Part shown: piece by piece, positions 53,602 to 62,525 of the stretch
How positions within the stretch are numbered: position 1 is the first letter of the stretch
Layout of the letters: each line of letters begins with the position of its first letter
Origin: an uncultured virus (IMG/VR IMGVR_UViG_3300046665_000306)
Taxonomy: Duplodnaviria; Heunggongvirae; Uroviricota; Caudoviricetes
DNA: 64,000 bases
Strand: one strand, 5' to 3'
IMG/VR virus record: IMGVR_UViG_3300046665_000306
Location: 1-64,000 of that record
The notes under the pieces: model-generated
The model's input: only the letters and a program-made list of their open reading frames with translations
What the model was told of the DNA's origin: nothing
Database searches by the model: none
Program-made: the position numbers and the translations under genes

Positions 53602-54234
53602 TCAGTCCCACCTTTCCCACATAGCAAAATTTAAGACACCCTGTTCCAACTCTTCCAACTCAGTGCTCATATTAACTCTAGCCGGTCCTTCCCATTCCGG
53701 GTGATTCCAATATATCCGTGGACTATCAAGCATCTTTTTCAAAAACTTGATCCTCCCTGTCGTGAATTCAGTAACGGAATAAAAAGACCAATATTCGTGC
53801 CAAATCTTAACCCCGTTACAACGATACGTCTCCGTGTCGCGGGCCAGCCCTCTTAGATCATAATCGAGAAAGTCTTTGGCCCAAGACGGCAAGTCCTCAT
53901 TAGCAGGACTGGTATGATCTTTTGACGCTCTGATAGACTCTTCAATTTGAACCTGCTCCGCATTCTCGAAACCTGTCTTATGGCTCCAATAAATATCAGC
54001 GCTCAATGCTTCGTTATAGGCACAGCAAGGGTAATAGACAATGTCGTGATACAATATCGTCGCCATTATAGGATCGCCATAGTCATAGCCAGCGTCATAT
54101 GCCATCCCAATCAAATCAATGATATGATCAAGGTTATGATACTTGCGATGCGGCTCGGAATAGAGCGCGACAAGCATGTCAACGGCGTGTGACGTGCCAT
54201 GCTCAACAGCTATTTTCTTAATCAGTTTTGACAT
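53602..54234 (-). CDS. HD-superfamily metal-dependent phosphohydrolase
   Basis: YSEPHRKYHNLDHI, LYHDIVY, NEALSA, FLDYDL. Confidence 0.88.
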   Translation of the reverse strand: MSKLIKKIAVEHGTSHAVDMLVALYSEPHRKYHNLDHIIDLIGMAYDAGYDYGDPIMATILYHDIVYYPCCAYNEALSADIYWSHKTGFENAEQVQIEESIRASKDHTSPANEDLPSWAKDFLDYDLRGLARDTETYRCNGVKIWHEYWSFYSVTEFTTGRIKFLKKMLDSPRIYWNHPEWEGPARVNMSTELEELEQGVLNFAMWERWD

Positions 54235-54650
54235 CAAAACCCCTCTCTTTCCAAAACTCGTTAACCGTTTCTACCCACGTCTTGCGCGATGTTTCAGGCT
54301 CTTTTTCCCATTCCCTGAACCGCTTCACCGTAGCTTCTCGAAATGCTTGTCGCTCTTCCTCAGACATTTATCCCTCCTTAAGCGGCGCACCTCGTTTCGC
54401 TCTTATAATTAATCATCAAGAATCGCATCTCGGTCCTGACCTTCATCACCGTGCCATAAAATCTCATACCACCAGCGGGCCAAGTGATGTACCAATACCC
54501 TTTACCCAAAGGTTCTGCTTGAAAAATATTACCATCTTCATCAATCATTTCAATCACGTAAAGGTCTCTTTCTATTCACAATTTAACTTAAGACCTTTTA
54601 TGACAAAAGAGCCAGCTAGTCAATGACTAACTGGCCCAATTTAAGTGATT

Positions 54651-54905
54651 TTATCTACGTCGAACCGGTTTCAACTCATATCCCAACATTCGATACGCCA
54701 TCTGGATCGTGACGCCCATCGGCCTTCGAGTCGTGCCGTCTTGGATGTTCTTGATCGTGGCGGGTGCGAGACCTGACGTATTGGCCTTGGCGTAGAAAGA
54801 CCGACGATCTAACACGAGTTCGGCACGTAGCTTGGTCAGGAGTGGATCGATATCTGGTTTAACCGGCCTATTGGCGGACCACTTCACCTTGCGTGGTTTC
54901 GCCAT
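54651..54905 (-). CDS. XRE/Cro-like HTH protein
   Basis: A..SGLAPATIKNI.DG.TRRP. Confidence 0.7.
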   Translation of the reverse strand: MAKPRKVKWSANRPVKPDIDPLLTKLRAELVLDRRSFYAKANTSGLAPATIKNIQDGTTRRPMGVTIQMAYRMLGYELKPVRRR

Positions 54906-55274
54906 CTATTCGTCTCCCACTTGGTGGCCAAGGATCACGACCACGTTCTGCAACGACTTGATCTTGGTATAAGCGTCTTCCAGCTTGCCCATCAAGTCTT
55001 CCCTGACCGTAACAAGTGACATGATCTCTTGCCTAGCCATGCCTAACTCGTCATGAGTGACGGCGGTTGAACCAGCCCTATCACCCTGAGCCGCTGTGAC
55101 CCTTTTTCTCTTCGTTCCACCGCCATGCTTGTCGTGGTACTGCTTCACCCAATACGCTATAGTGCTAGGCGGTAGGTTAACACTGGCGGCATATTTCTCT
55201 TGACTAACTCCTGATTCGAGTTGCGCCTTGGCATGGCGCATCCTTTCCTCTGTAGGTAGGACTGATCTTCCCAT
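54906..55274 (-). CDS. HTH plus coiled-coil protein
   Basis: SGVSQEKYAASVNLPPSTIAYWVK. Confidence 0.7.
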   Translation of the reverse strand: MGRSVLPTEERMRHAKAQLESGVSQEKYAASVNLPPSTIAYWVKQYHDKHGGGTKRKRVTAAQGDRAGSTAVTHDELGMARQEIMSLVTVREDLMGKLEDAYTKIKSLQNVVVILGHQVGDE

Positions 55275-55348
55275 TGCGTCTAACTCCTAAGACTGTTACG
55301 CGACTCTAGGAGTACAGCAAGAGTTAAGGCAATGCAACTGGCGCGAGC

Positions 55349-56347
55349 CTATTTTCTATCCGTGACTTCATAGCTTTTAGAGACGTAGCCTAGGCCTGCA
55401 TCACCTCTGTAATGCGACTCCTTAAACACTCTTCTCCCGCCACAGTGTTTGCATCCCCAACGCGCTATGTCGTGTCCCGCCCTATCCATGTCTCTCTTAG
55501 ACTGCGTCTCGTTTTTGTACGTCAGCCATTCATGGTCGCAAGACGTGGACACGTCGTAATGGACAAAGTGCCCCCTCACTTCATGGCGGCGCATATGAAT
55601 CTCTGTGCCGCGAGCCAAACGGCGCAACGTGATGGGATCGTTGCTGATATCTATCGATACGACAGAGTGAGCGCCATAAGTCCTCATGCGACCACCTACG
55701 ATTTTTCGCCTCGGCCCAACATCTGTAAGCCTAACTTCTTTTCGTTGGTTCAAGAGAAGGACAGAAGCAAGGGCGCGCTTCAGCGTCCCGGCACACTCAT
55801 AGACCATTTTTTCAAACATTTCGCGTGGTATATCTTTGATCAGTGAGAAATCCCAAATGTCAGTGATCCGGGTCGAAAATCGATCCACGTCCACTTTCAA
55901 ATCGTCAGAGACTTGACCCACGAGCAAATGCTTTTTGAGTACGTCGTAATCGGCGGGAAGACCTTCGATATTATCTTTTACATGATGATATACGAAAGGC
56001 GTGAACATTGCGTTCTTTTCGTCGCCCGAGATACAATAAATATCCCCTGTCTCAACGAACCAAAATCCCAAACGCTTAGCCGCATCGGTATAAGGTGTTT
56101 GGAATTGATTGATGGAAGAGATATTGTCAATCTCGATATAGGTATTAGGGTATGGAGTGATGGCGAATTGAGACTGCTGACACACAATGTCGGCACATGT
56201 GACAGAGAAATTGCCATGACATGCAGAAGCTGCCGCGTCGAATACGAATCGTTTCGTAACATGGCGAAGCTGAGACAGGATTTGATTAGTTGTTTTGGTC
56301 AACATCAAATCACTGGATTTGCCGAACATGGCTGTCTCAAGAATCAT
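55349..56347 (-). CDS. hypothetical protein (RRHEVRGHF motif, C-terminal Zn ribbon)
   Basis: 332 aa; SD AGGAGG. Confidence 0.75.
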   Translation of the reverse strand: MILETAMFGKSSDLMLTKTTNQILSQLRHVTKRFVFDAAASACHGNFSVTCADIVCQQSQFAITPYPNTYIEIDNISSINQFQTPYTDAAKRLGFWFVETGDIYCISGDEKNAMFTPFVYHHVKDNIEGLPADYDVLKKHLLVGQVSDDLKVDVDRFSTRITDIWDFSLIKDIPREMFEKMVYECAGTLKRALASVLLLNQRKEVRLTDVGPRRKIVGGRMRTYGAHSVVSIDISNDPITLRRLARGTEIHMRRHEVRGHFVHYDVSTSCDHEWLTYKNETQSKRDMDRAGHDIARWGCKHCGGRRVFKESHYRGDAGLGYVSKSYEVTDRK

Positions 56348-56357
56348 AGCGGCCTCC

Positions 56358-56744
56358 TTATTTCCTAACCCTACCTAACATTCTCAACCCACGCTCACCA
56401 AAATTTTGCCTCACGATTTTTTTCACCAACTTCTTGTCGCCCTTAACATTCTTGACGATCTTCGCTATGGCATGAACCACGTATCTATTGGTTGTCTTCA
56501 ACCAAGCCGTCTCTACCGGACCGAATCGTCTGCTATATCTTTTAAAAGTTTCAGCTTCGATAATGCTACCTTTTTCTTGGTTACATGTGACACAACATGG
56601 GACAAGGTTGGCTATACCATCCCCTCCACCTTGCCTCCTAGGCTTCTTGTGATCCGAAGATTCATTAGGACGTGTGTCACAGTAAAAGCAAAGCTTATAC
56701 CGTTTCCTTATAAGGCTTTTATTCCTATCAAATTGTCCGCTCAA
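56358..56744 (-). CDS. HNH endonuclease
   Basis: CFYC..SDHKKPRRQGG..NLVPCCVTCNQEKG. Confidence 0.85.
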   Translation of the reverse strand: MSGQFDRNKSLIRKRYKLCFYCDTRPNESSDHKKPRRQGGGDGIANLVPCCVTCNQEKGSIIEAETFKRYSRRFGPVETAWLKTTNRYVVHAIAKIVKNVKGDKKLVKKIVRQNFGERGLRMLGRVRK

Positions 56745-56752
56745 GATTTATC

Positions 56753-56944
56753 TCACCACTCATAGTCAGAAAGGTAGGGTGCGGTACGGCCCGCCACGCC
56801 TTGGACCGGCTCATCACCCTCTAGATAAACATCACAGCCCGCCGCTTTCTTCTGATCCATGAAACGTGATGCGAGACTCTTGTAATGAAAATCTGCCGTC
56901 CTAACCGGATCGCCCTTGTGTTTGTAATGAACTTTGTACCCCAT
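56753..56944 (-). CDS. hypothetical protein
   Basis: SD AGGAGG. Confidence 0.65.
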   Translation of the reverse strand: MGYKVHYKHKGDPVRTADFHYKSLASRFMDQKKAAGCDVYLEGDEPVQGVAGRTAPYLSDYEW

Positions 56945-56955
56945 GACACACCCTC

Positions 56956-57159
56956 CTATCTCTTCGCCATCAGACCTTCATCAAGAAAATCGTCATCGAT
57001 TTCTGCCCCGATATCGGTTAGCACATCAACCATTTCGAGAATCAGCAAGCGGCGCGCGTTATGCTCCTCAGCGCCGAGACTGTCGTCATGAATTGATTCG
57101 CAAGCCTCGCGAAAATCCTTCAACGTGTTACGAAACTTGCAATAAGACATGTTGGACAT
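56956..57159 (-). CDS. small phage protein (MSNMSYCKFRNTLKDF motif)
   Basis: SD GAGGAG; own promoter. Confidence 0.75.
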   Translation of the reverse strand: MSNMSYCKFRNTLKDFREACESIHDDSLGAEEHNARRLLILEMVDVLTDIGAEIDDDFLDEGLMAKR

Positions 57160-57192
57160 TCAATTTCTCCTCTTAAAATGTTTGACAACTTT

Positions 57193-57221
57193 TTATTACA
57201 TCATCATCGAAGCCATGTCAA
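57193..57221 (-). promoter_or_regulatory. TGTAA-class promoter
   Basis: TTGACA-17-TAATAA. Confidence 0.65.
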
Positions 57222-57550
57222 TACGTTCCTCTGAAGTAATTTCAGAGACCTAATGTGCGTTGCCCTTTGGCAAGTTTGACATAATAATGATCCATCCAAT
57301 ATGCTGTGAACATCAAGCCATCATCGCAAATATACATTTGCATGTTACGCCATGTGAATTGATTCAACACGTTCATTATTCAGAAATCTCAGCCGTGACG
57401 TTGTAAATACCCGTCAGGTTATCCCTGTAGTCATACATCGGACTAGACTTCAGCGAAACAGTTTTCATCTCAGGATATTTCACCTTCATCGCGGCGAGCA
57501 GTGCTTCCTTGATCTCTGTTTCGTTCAATTCAATTTTTAGTTTAGCCATT

Positions 57551-57742
57551 TTATTCCTTCACCTTATTCATCTCATCCATCACATCAGCGAGACGATACA
57601 ACTCCTCCCTCGCCATGGCTTTACCTTCATTCGTACCGTTTTCCAATGCGGCGATGATGTAGTACATAGATTTGCGCCACGAAGGAGTGAAATCGATAGT
57701 ACCTACCTGAACCACCTTTTTATTTTCCACTTCTTTTTTCAT
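57551..57742 (-). CDS. hypothetical protein
   Basis: TIDFTPSW..AREELYRLA..MD; SD AAGGAGG. Confidence 0.7.
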   Translation of the reverse strand: MKKEVENKKVVQVGTIDFTPSWRKSMYYIIAALENGTNEGKAMAREELYRLADVMDEMNKVKE

Positions 57743-57960
57743 AACTCACACCCTCCTTTTAATAATCTGTCTTCATTTTCTTAAATGTATCACATAAGAC
57801 TTCAGCGATCAAGACAAAACAATGGTCATGAAGACCATCTTCCTTATCATCACCCTCGATGATTTCCTGCCTCACCCGTTCCGCTTCTTCCAGCGTGTCG
57901 CAGAGATGGATCGAAGGATAATAAGGGCGCTGGAACGCTACGACAAATTTCTTCATTATC

Positions 57961-58194
57961 TTACTTCCCCGCCGAGGCCAAACGTTCGTCCCACGACTCG
58001 AACTTAGCCTGAACAAAATCTTGGGACACGTTGTGGCCATTCTCTTCGAAAACGAAATCGCCGGTATCGAAATCAACGGTGCAGGAAATGACATTCTTCT
58101 TGTCAAACGGAGAATGAACTTCCGAATAACCATCTTCTTCAGCATTTGCGCTGCAAATCAGATCGACGGCTTTAAAGCTTTTGACGTACCGCAT
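57961..58194 (-). CDS. hypothetical protein
   Basis: SD GAGGAG. Confidence 0.65.
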   Translation of the reverse strand: MRYVKSFKAVDLICSANAEEDGYSEVHSPFDKKNVISCTVDFDTGDFVFEENGHNVSQDFVQAKFESWDERLASAGK

Positions 58195-58450
58195 CTTCGA
58201 TTCTCCTCTTCATACTCGGATGAGCATATATTGCACCGCCAGCTTGTAAAATGCAAGCCTCCATAACGAATTCAGAGCCATATCTCTTTATTAATTTTTT
58301 AAAAATCCGTTTACTGCGATGTTTCGAATATGGAAAATTCCTTGCCTCAGTCGGCTGCACCGCTGCTGCGGTATAATAAATTTTTAAACCGTTAAATTTG
58401 TCCGCCACGCTACCGGGATAATAGCCATAATCGTTATAAGGTAGATACAC
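58172..58450 (-). CDS. hypothetical protein
   Basis: RSKRIFKKLIKRYG motif. Confidence 0.65.
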   Translation of the reverse strand: MYLPYNDYGYYPGSVADKFNGLKIYYTAAAVQPTEARNFPYSKHRSKRIFKKLIKRYGSEFVMEACILQAGGAIYAHPSMKRRIEDAVRQKL

Positions 58451-58608
58451 GACGTGCTTCCTTTATCAACCAGACCAGATAAGCCATGGCGGGCCAGTTG
58501 CAACTAAGGAATACTAAGACCCACTCCTTGTTAACCGAGAACACCAATAAAGGCATAAAGATGGTGAAATAAAACAACAGAAGAGTAATTAGAATTCCCA
58601 ATACTATC

Positions 58609-58902
58609 TTATTCATTCGCGGCGCACTCCGCAACAACTTCATCAAACAGTGGCCCGCCGATGAGATGGACTATATCACCACCATGAGCGAAACTAGGGC
58701 TCGTGGCTTCTGATTCGACATAGGAATAGCCTATACCGGGAACAACGTCGAAAGTTTCTGCTTCTTTTTTAACTTTCAGAGCGATTTCGAGTTGGAGACA
58801 GTAGCTCCATGTCGCGCTGCGTCCATCTATGTCAGAGGTATAAAGTCCCGGAAAGATAAAACGATTACCCTTCTGATCCACGAATACTGGAAATTTATAC
58901 AC
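58609..58902 (-). CDS. hypothetical protein
   Basis: SD GGAGG, GTG start. Confidence 0.65.
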   Translation of the reverse strand: MYKFPVFVDQKGNRFIFPGLYTSDIDGRSATWSYCLQLEIALKVKKEAETFDVVPGIGYSYVESEATSPSFAHGGDIVHLIGGPLFDEVVAECAANE

Positions 58903-59314
58903 CGCGATCCTCCAATTCTTTATAATCTACCATAGCTCTGTAGGCATAGCCCCACGATCCACCGCCTGCTTCATATTCTTCTGTAGGCGAGACAGACATT
59001 ATATCGCTTTGCTTCTGCCAATACGCAAGACTCATAGCGTTAAGCATTCTCTGAGAAGGTTCGAGCGGAACAATGGCATAGCCCATCTCGTTAAGAATAT
59101 GGCGCAAATTATTAATATCTTTGATTTGATTCTCGTCAAACAGCCTGATGGGTTTGCGATGTTCCGGCAATGTGCTCCAATGTGTGGCAAAACTATCAGC
59201 CGTGATATCTCCGACTATATATTCGGCGTAATAAGCTTTGACCACCATCCCCATGTAACGCTCCCCGTTCATGGCGCGACCGTCTTCTGTTAAGTTTGTG
59301 GCAAACATTTCCAT
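58895..59314 (-). CDS. hypothetical protein
   Basis: GYAIVPLEPSQRML..YRAMV; SD GGGAG. Confidence 0.7.
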   Translation of the reverse strand: MEMFATNLTEDGRAMNGERYMGMVVKAYYAEYIVGDITADSFATHWSTLPEHRKPIRLFDENQIKDINNLRHILNEMGYAIVPLEPSQRMLNAMSLAYWQKQSDIMSVSPTEEYEAGGGSWGYAYRAMVDYKELEDRGV

Positions 59315-59316
59315 AG

Positions 59317-59634
59317 TTACGGATACTCCCTAGGCACAGCGTTGATGCGAATCTGCTCCTTAAGCCACCACTGATATGACCTAACCAAATTATAACGAAT
59401 ATATTCTTCACACACTTCTTCTGTCATATCCGCTTCAAGTCTGCTATAGCAGATGGAATAATCATCGGGCCTGTCCCACGCCCTGCACCAAACCCTGAAG
59501 CCACCGGGACGCCCTGTAACTCTGATTTGATACCTGTCGCGAACCTGTTCAAATTCTACTGGAAATTCAGGTAGAACGGTGAGCATAGGCTCAGTCTGTT
59601 GTTGAACTATTTTCTTTTTAAAAGGCCAAAACAT
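59317..59634 (-). CDS. hypothetical protein
   Basis: MFWPFKKK start; TAATG coupling. Confidence 0.65.
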   Translation of the reverse strand: MFWPFKKKIVQQQTEPMLTVLPEFPVEFEQVRDRYQIRVTGRPGGFRVWCRAWDRPDDYSICYSRLEADMTEEVCEEYIRYNLVRSYQWWLKEQIRINAVPREYP

Positions 59635-59843
59635 TACGCCGCAATCCCCGTCATGAAAAGCATAGCACTGATCCACGTAGCGGTAAGACCGAGAAAAATA
59701 GCAATGAAGACAAACTTAGCTCCGAGGGTCATATCGGTGCCGCGAGCTAATAGATCATCGCGGAGCACCGTGACGCGATGAAACATGTAGAACTTAGTTA
59801 TGACACAGGTTAGGCCGATGAGTTGGAGAAATAAAATCTTCAT
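59634..59843 (-). CDS. small membrane protein
   Basis: two hydrophobic segments. Confidence 0.6.
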   Translation of the reverse strand: MKILFLQLIGLTCVITKFYMFHRVTVLRDDLLARGTDMTLGAKFVFIAIFLGLTATWISAMLFMTGIAA

Positions 59844-60058
59844 GCATTTTCCTCCACATATGATTCAAGCTCTGCCTCGGCCCAAAGACATGCCGCGCCA
59901 TCGTCACAGGAGAATGTCTTATATGGAAATAGATATTGATCCGCCACATATTCTTCGACCGTCATCACGCCATAACCCTTTAGGTCTGGATCATAGCTGT
60001 GTGTATCGATGTAGCGTTGACTGACAATGACCTTGTCGCCTGTTTTGAACTTGCTCAT
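59840..60058 (-). CDS. hypothetical SH3/KOW-like protein
   Basis: MSKFKTGDKVIV. Confidence 0.65.
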   Translation of the reverse strand: MSKFKTGDKVIVSQRYIDTHSYDPDLKGYGVMTVEEYVADQYLFPYKTFSCDDGAACLWAEAELESYVEENA

Positions 60059-60304
60059 TTTATTAAAACCTTTCAAACGAATTTCTGATACTGAAAATTA
60101 GAGCAGTCACTGCCACAAAATCAAACACGTCCCGGCTTGGATTTATCTCATTGATAAAGCTGAACCATACCATAAGAACAACAGTGGCGATGACAGCTAT
60201 AACAGACAGCCCAATTTCCTTAAGCATTTATTAAAACCCCTCTAAAACTAAATGAACTCTAAATCACCTTATTATGATTTAGAGTCCAAGTCAATCACTT
60301 TCTG

Positions 60305-60553
60305 TTATGATTTGCTGATCGCGTCTCGCACAGCTTCGACCAATGTGTCACCTATGCCAAGCGTGTTCAAGTGCTTCGCCGTAACAACGTATTGATCCAT
60401 TTCTTCCCATATCACGAATGAACCGTGATCCTCGGCCAACTCAATGATGCAACCATTGACTACATCTATCTTGACATAAGAGCCGAATTCTGTATCCCGG
60501 CCCTCTTCGTAGACCGATTCGACCATCTCTGGTACGGTAACATATTCATCCAT
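60305..60553 (-). CDS. hypothetical protein
   Basis: SD AAGGAG. Confidence 0.65.
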   Translation of the reverse strand: MDEYVTVPEMVESVYEEGRDTEFGSYVKIDVVNGCIIELAEDHGSFVIWEEMDQYVVTAKHLNTLGIGDTLVEAVRDAISKS

Positions 60554-60569
60554 GGCATGACTCCTTCTG

Positions 60570-60800
60570 CTACTCCAAGCTCATGTGACCGTTACACCCA
60601 ACCAACGTTCCTATCCGACCAAGGTTCCATTCATAGTTGCCTATCCCTGTCACGACTGGTTTGCCTAGGTCGGCCATCTCTAGCCCTGCCGCTCTCAGAT
60701 CAATGCTGAATTGGAGATTTGAATGTAGCCTCGCCTTGTTGCGAATCGCGATGAATTTCCTGATATTCTTGGTGTTAAGCATCACTAATCCTTGTCCCAT
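60570..60800 (-). CDS. hypothetical protein (start uncertain)
   Basis: ORF in operon. Confidence 0.55.
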   Translation of the reverse strand: MGQGLVMLNTKNIRKFIAIRNKARLHSNLQFSIDLRAAGLEMADLGKPVVTGIGNYEWNLGRIGTLVGCNGHMSLE

Positions 60801-61248
60801 CCGGCTTCAGCCTAACACCCTCGCCCGTTCCATCGCATGGATGATGACCGTGCACCGCGAAATATTTATCTCGCTTAATGATTTTCCCCTTGACAAGGAA
60901 TCCCCAACGAAACATTGGTGCGCCAGTGATGAGAAAGGTCCACGTATTACGTTTGACGTTTTGAACTGAATGCATATGATCCGCAGCACGATAGCGAATC
61001 ATTCCGGCCCTCATCCGCTCCACGTCTTTGACGAGAACTGCGCCCTCAATGGTTTCATAGGTCACATCGTCATAGCCGCCACGCAGCACGACAGTAACGA
61101 ACCAATAAGGATGATTGTGAGGGTGACGGTGATCGTCATCCCCGAGCCATTGGTGAAGCCTCACGCTCCACTTCTTGAACAGAACAGCCCATAGCCGGAA
61201 ATATGGACATTCGGGAAGACCACCGGCACGGTTCCAGATGATTTTCAT
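60775..61248 (-). CDS. cupin-like protein
   Basis: RLH....DDD..PHNHPYWF...VLRGGY...HSV. Confidence 0.8.
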   Translation of the reverse strand: MKIIWNRAGGLPECPYFRLWAVLFKKWSVRLHQWLGDDDHRHPHNHPYWFVTVVLRGGYDDVTYETIEGAVLVKDVERMRAGMIRYRAADHMHSVQNVKRNTWTFLITGAPMFRWGFLVKGKIIKRDKYFAVHGHHPCDGTGEGVRLKPDGTRISDA

Positions 61249-61386
61249 CTCAGCGTTCCAGATAGTCGCGAGCCTCGCCAAAGCTCATCTCGAAATCGAA
61301 GACAAGGGCTTGCATCGCCTCTGTCATGAAAATATCGCCATTCTTGTAGCTGGCTTTGACTTGACGCTTTGTCACATTGATCTCCT

Positions 61387-61974
61387 TTAAATTTTGTCCC
61401 AAACAGCGATAACCGCTTCGATGTAGCTATTATCTATCACAAACGTTTCACGAGGTAAATGATAAAACCTTACATCATGGAGAATCTTACAAATTTCGTC
61501 ACGGTATGCGGCATGGAGCAGAGCGACAAGTCTTCCACCCTCTGCAAGCTGAGACGCGGCATGACTGACATGCGTGACGCAATTACGATGGGGTGGATTC
61601 ATAACGACTCGGTCGAACAGATTGTCAAACTTTTGACATAGGAAATTGGTGTTCAAACATTCCACCGATGGATGTGAATCTATCAAATCAGCAAACATCT
61701 TCTTATTAAGTTCTATCGCCGTGATGTAGCGAGCGTGAACCTCAAGAGCTTCCACGATAGCACCAATTCCGGCACTAGGTTCAAGCACTCTGTCATGAAT
61801 TGTGATATCCGCAAGCGCGGCCATATCGGCGGCGAGCCACGACGGCGTCATGGTCGCAAGCAATTTGGTCCGGGGTGATGGGCTCGAACCACCGACACCT
61901 GTAGTTTCGTCCCTTATCCCCTTCAAATCATCTCCAACACTACTAGGGCCGGTTCTTGAGTTAATTACGCTCAT
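61387..61974 (-). CDS. class I SAM-dependent (amino-type) methyltransferase; ORF begins inside tRNA-like RNA
   Basis: VLEPSAGIGAI, AIELN, FDRVVMNPPH; alternative start ATG 61851 has no SD. Confidence 0.8.
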   Translation of the reverse strand: MSVINSRTGPSSVGDDLKGIRDETTGVGGSSPSPRTKLLATMTPSWLAADMAALADITIHDRVLEPSAGIGAIVEALEVHARYITAIELNKKMFADLIDSHPSVECLNTNFLCQKFDNLFDRVVMNPPHRNCVTHVSHAASQLAEGGRLVALLHAAYRDEICKILHDVRFYHLPRETFVIDNSYIEAVIAVWDKI

Positions 61975-62089
61975 TACTACATTCCTTTCATATCATTGAT
62001 TCATTTAAGGTTCAATTCATTCCTGTCGGTGATCAAGCCGGTCGAAATGAATCAGGCTAACAGTGCTCTACCAACTGAGCTAACCCCAG
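61866..62089 (-). ncRNA. tRNA-scaffolded RNA 1 with 152-nt insert replacing anticodon loop
   Basis: CTGGGGT/ACCCCGG-A-CCA; D arm GCTC-AGTTGGTA-GAGC; T arm GGTGG-TTCGAGC-CCATC. Confidence 0.85.
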
Positions 62090-62129
62090 AAATCTTCTTC
62101 AACCGTGGTTGAGGAAGCTTTATGTAATT

Positions 62130-62377
62130 TGGTCCAAGAGAATGGATTCGAACCACCAACCCCACGTTTTCTACCAATCCTTTTCAATTCCATTGTCGCG
62201 GTACTAAGTCTCTTTCATGAGTTGATCTGACTCACTACTTAATCCTTTTCAACGGCAATGTCCTATCCAATTCCATCTAATGCTGTAACACGATTTGTCA
62301 CATCGTTGCACTAAATAAGGCCGTGGTGCTCTACCTGCTACCTTTTGACACAAGGCATACTTTGGAGCTACCCTTGG
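62130..62377 (-). ncRNA. tRNA-scaffolded RNA 2 with D-loop hairpin and 155-nt insert replacing anticodon loop
   Basis: CCAAGGG/CTCTTGG-A-CCA; GCTC/GAGC; CCACG/CGTGG; T arm GGTGG-TTCGAAT-CCATT. Confidence 0.85.
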
Positions 62378-62412
62378 TTGAAACAAAAAGACTTTCGTCC
62401 TCTTGTTATTCC

Positions 62413-62441
62413 TATGTAAGACATTCGTTTCGTTTTGTCAA
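62413..62441 (-). promoter_or_regulatory. promoter of the tRNA-like RNA pair
   Basis: TTGACA-17-TACATA followed by a GAAA-tetraloop leader hairpin. Confidence 0.65.
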
Positions 62442-62525
62442 ACAGTTTTTTCAGTCTCTTCGAAATTAATTTTTATAACTTCTTCAAACCTGTGAAGACT
62501 TGGTCAAAAATTTCTTGTTCGGTCA

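Noticed and set aside
54906..55274. IS transposase ORF A
   Set aside because: HTH only; no DDE partner or terminal inverted repeats.
61905..62321. Group I introns in tRNA anticodon loops
   Set aside because: Inserts are about 150 nt, I find no P7/R-S pairing, and no excision restores a normal 7-nt loop; a formal cmsearch is still advisable.
61866..62377. tmRNA or prophage att-site tRNA fragments
   Set aside because: D stems are present and there is no G3-U70 pair; both halves of each tRNA pair with each other and no integrase is nearby.
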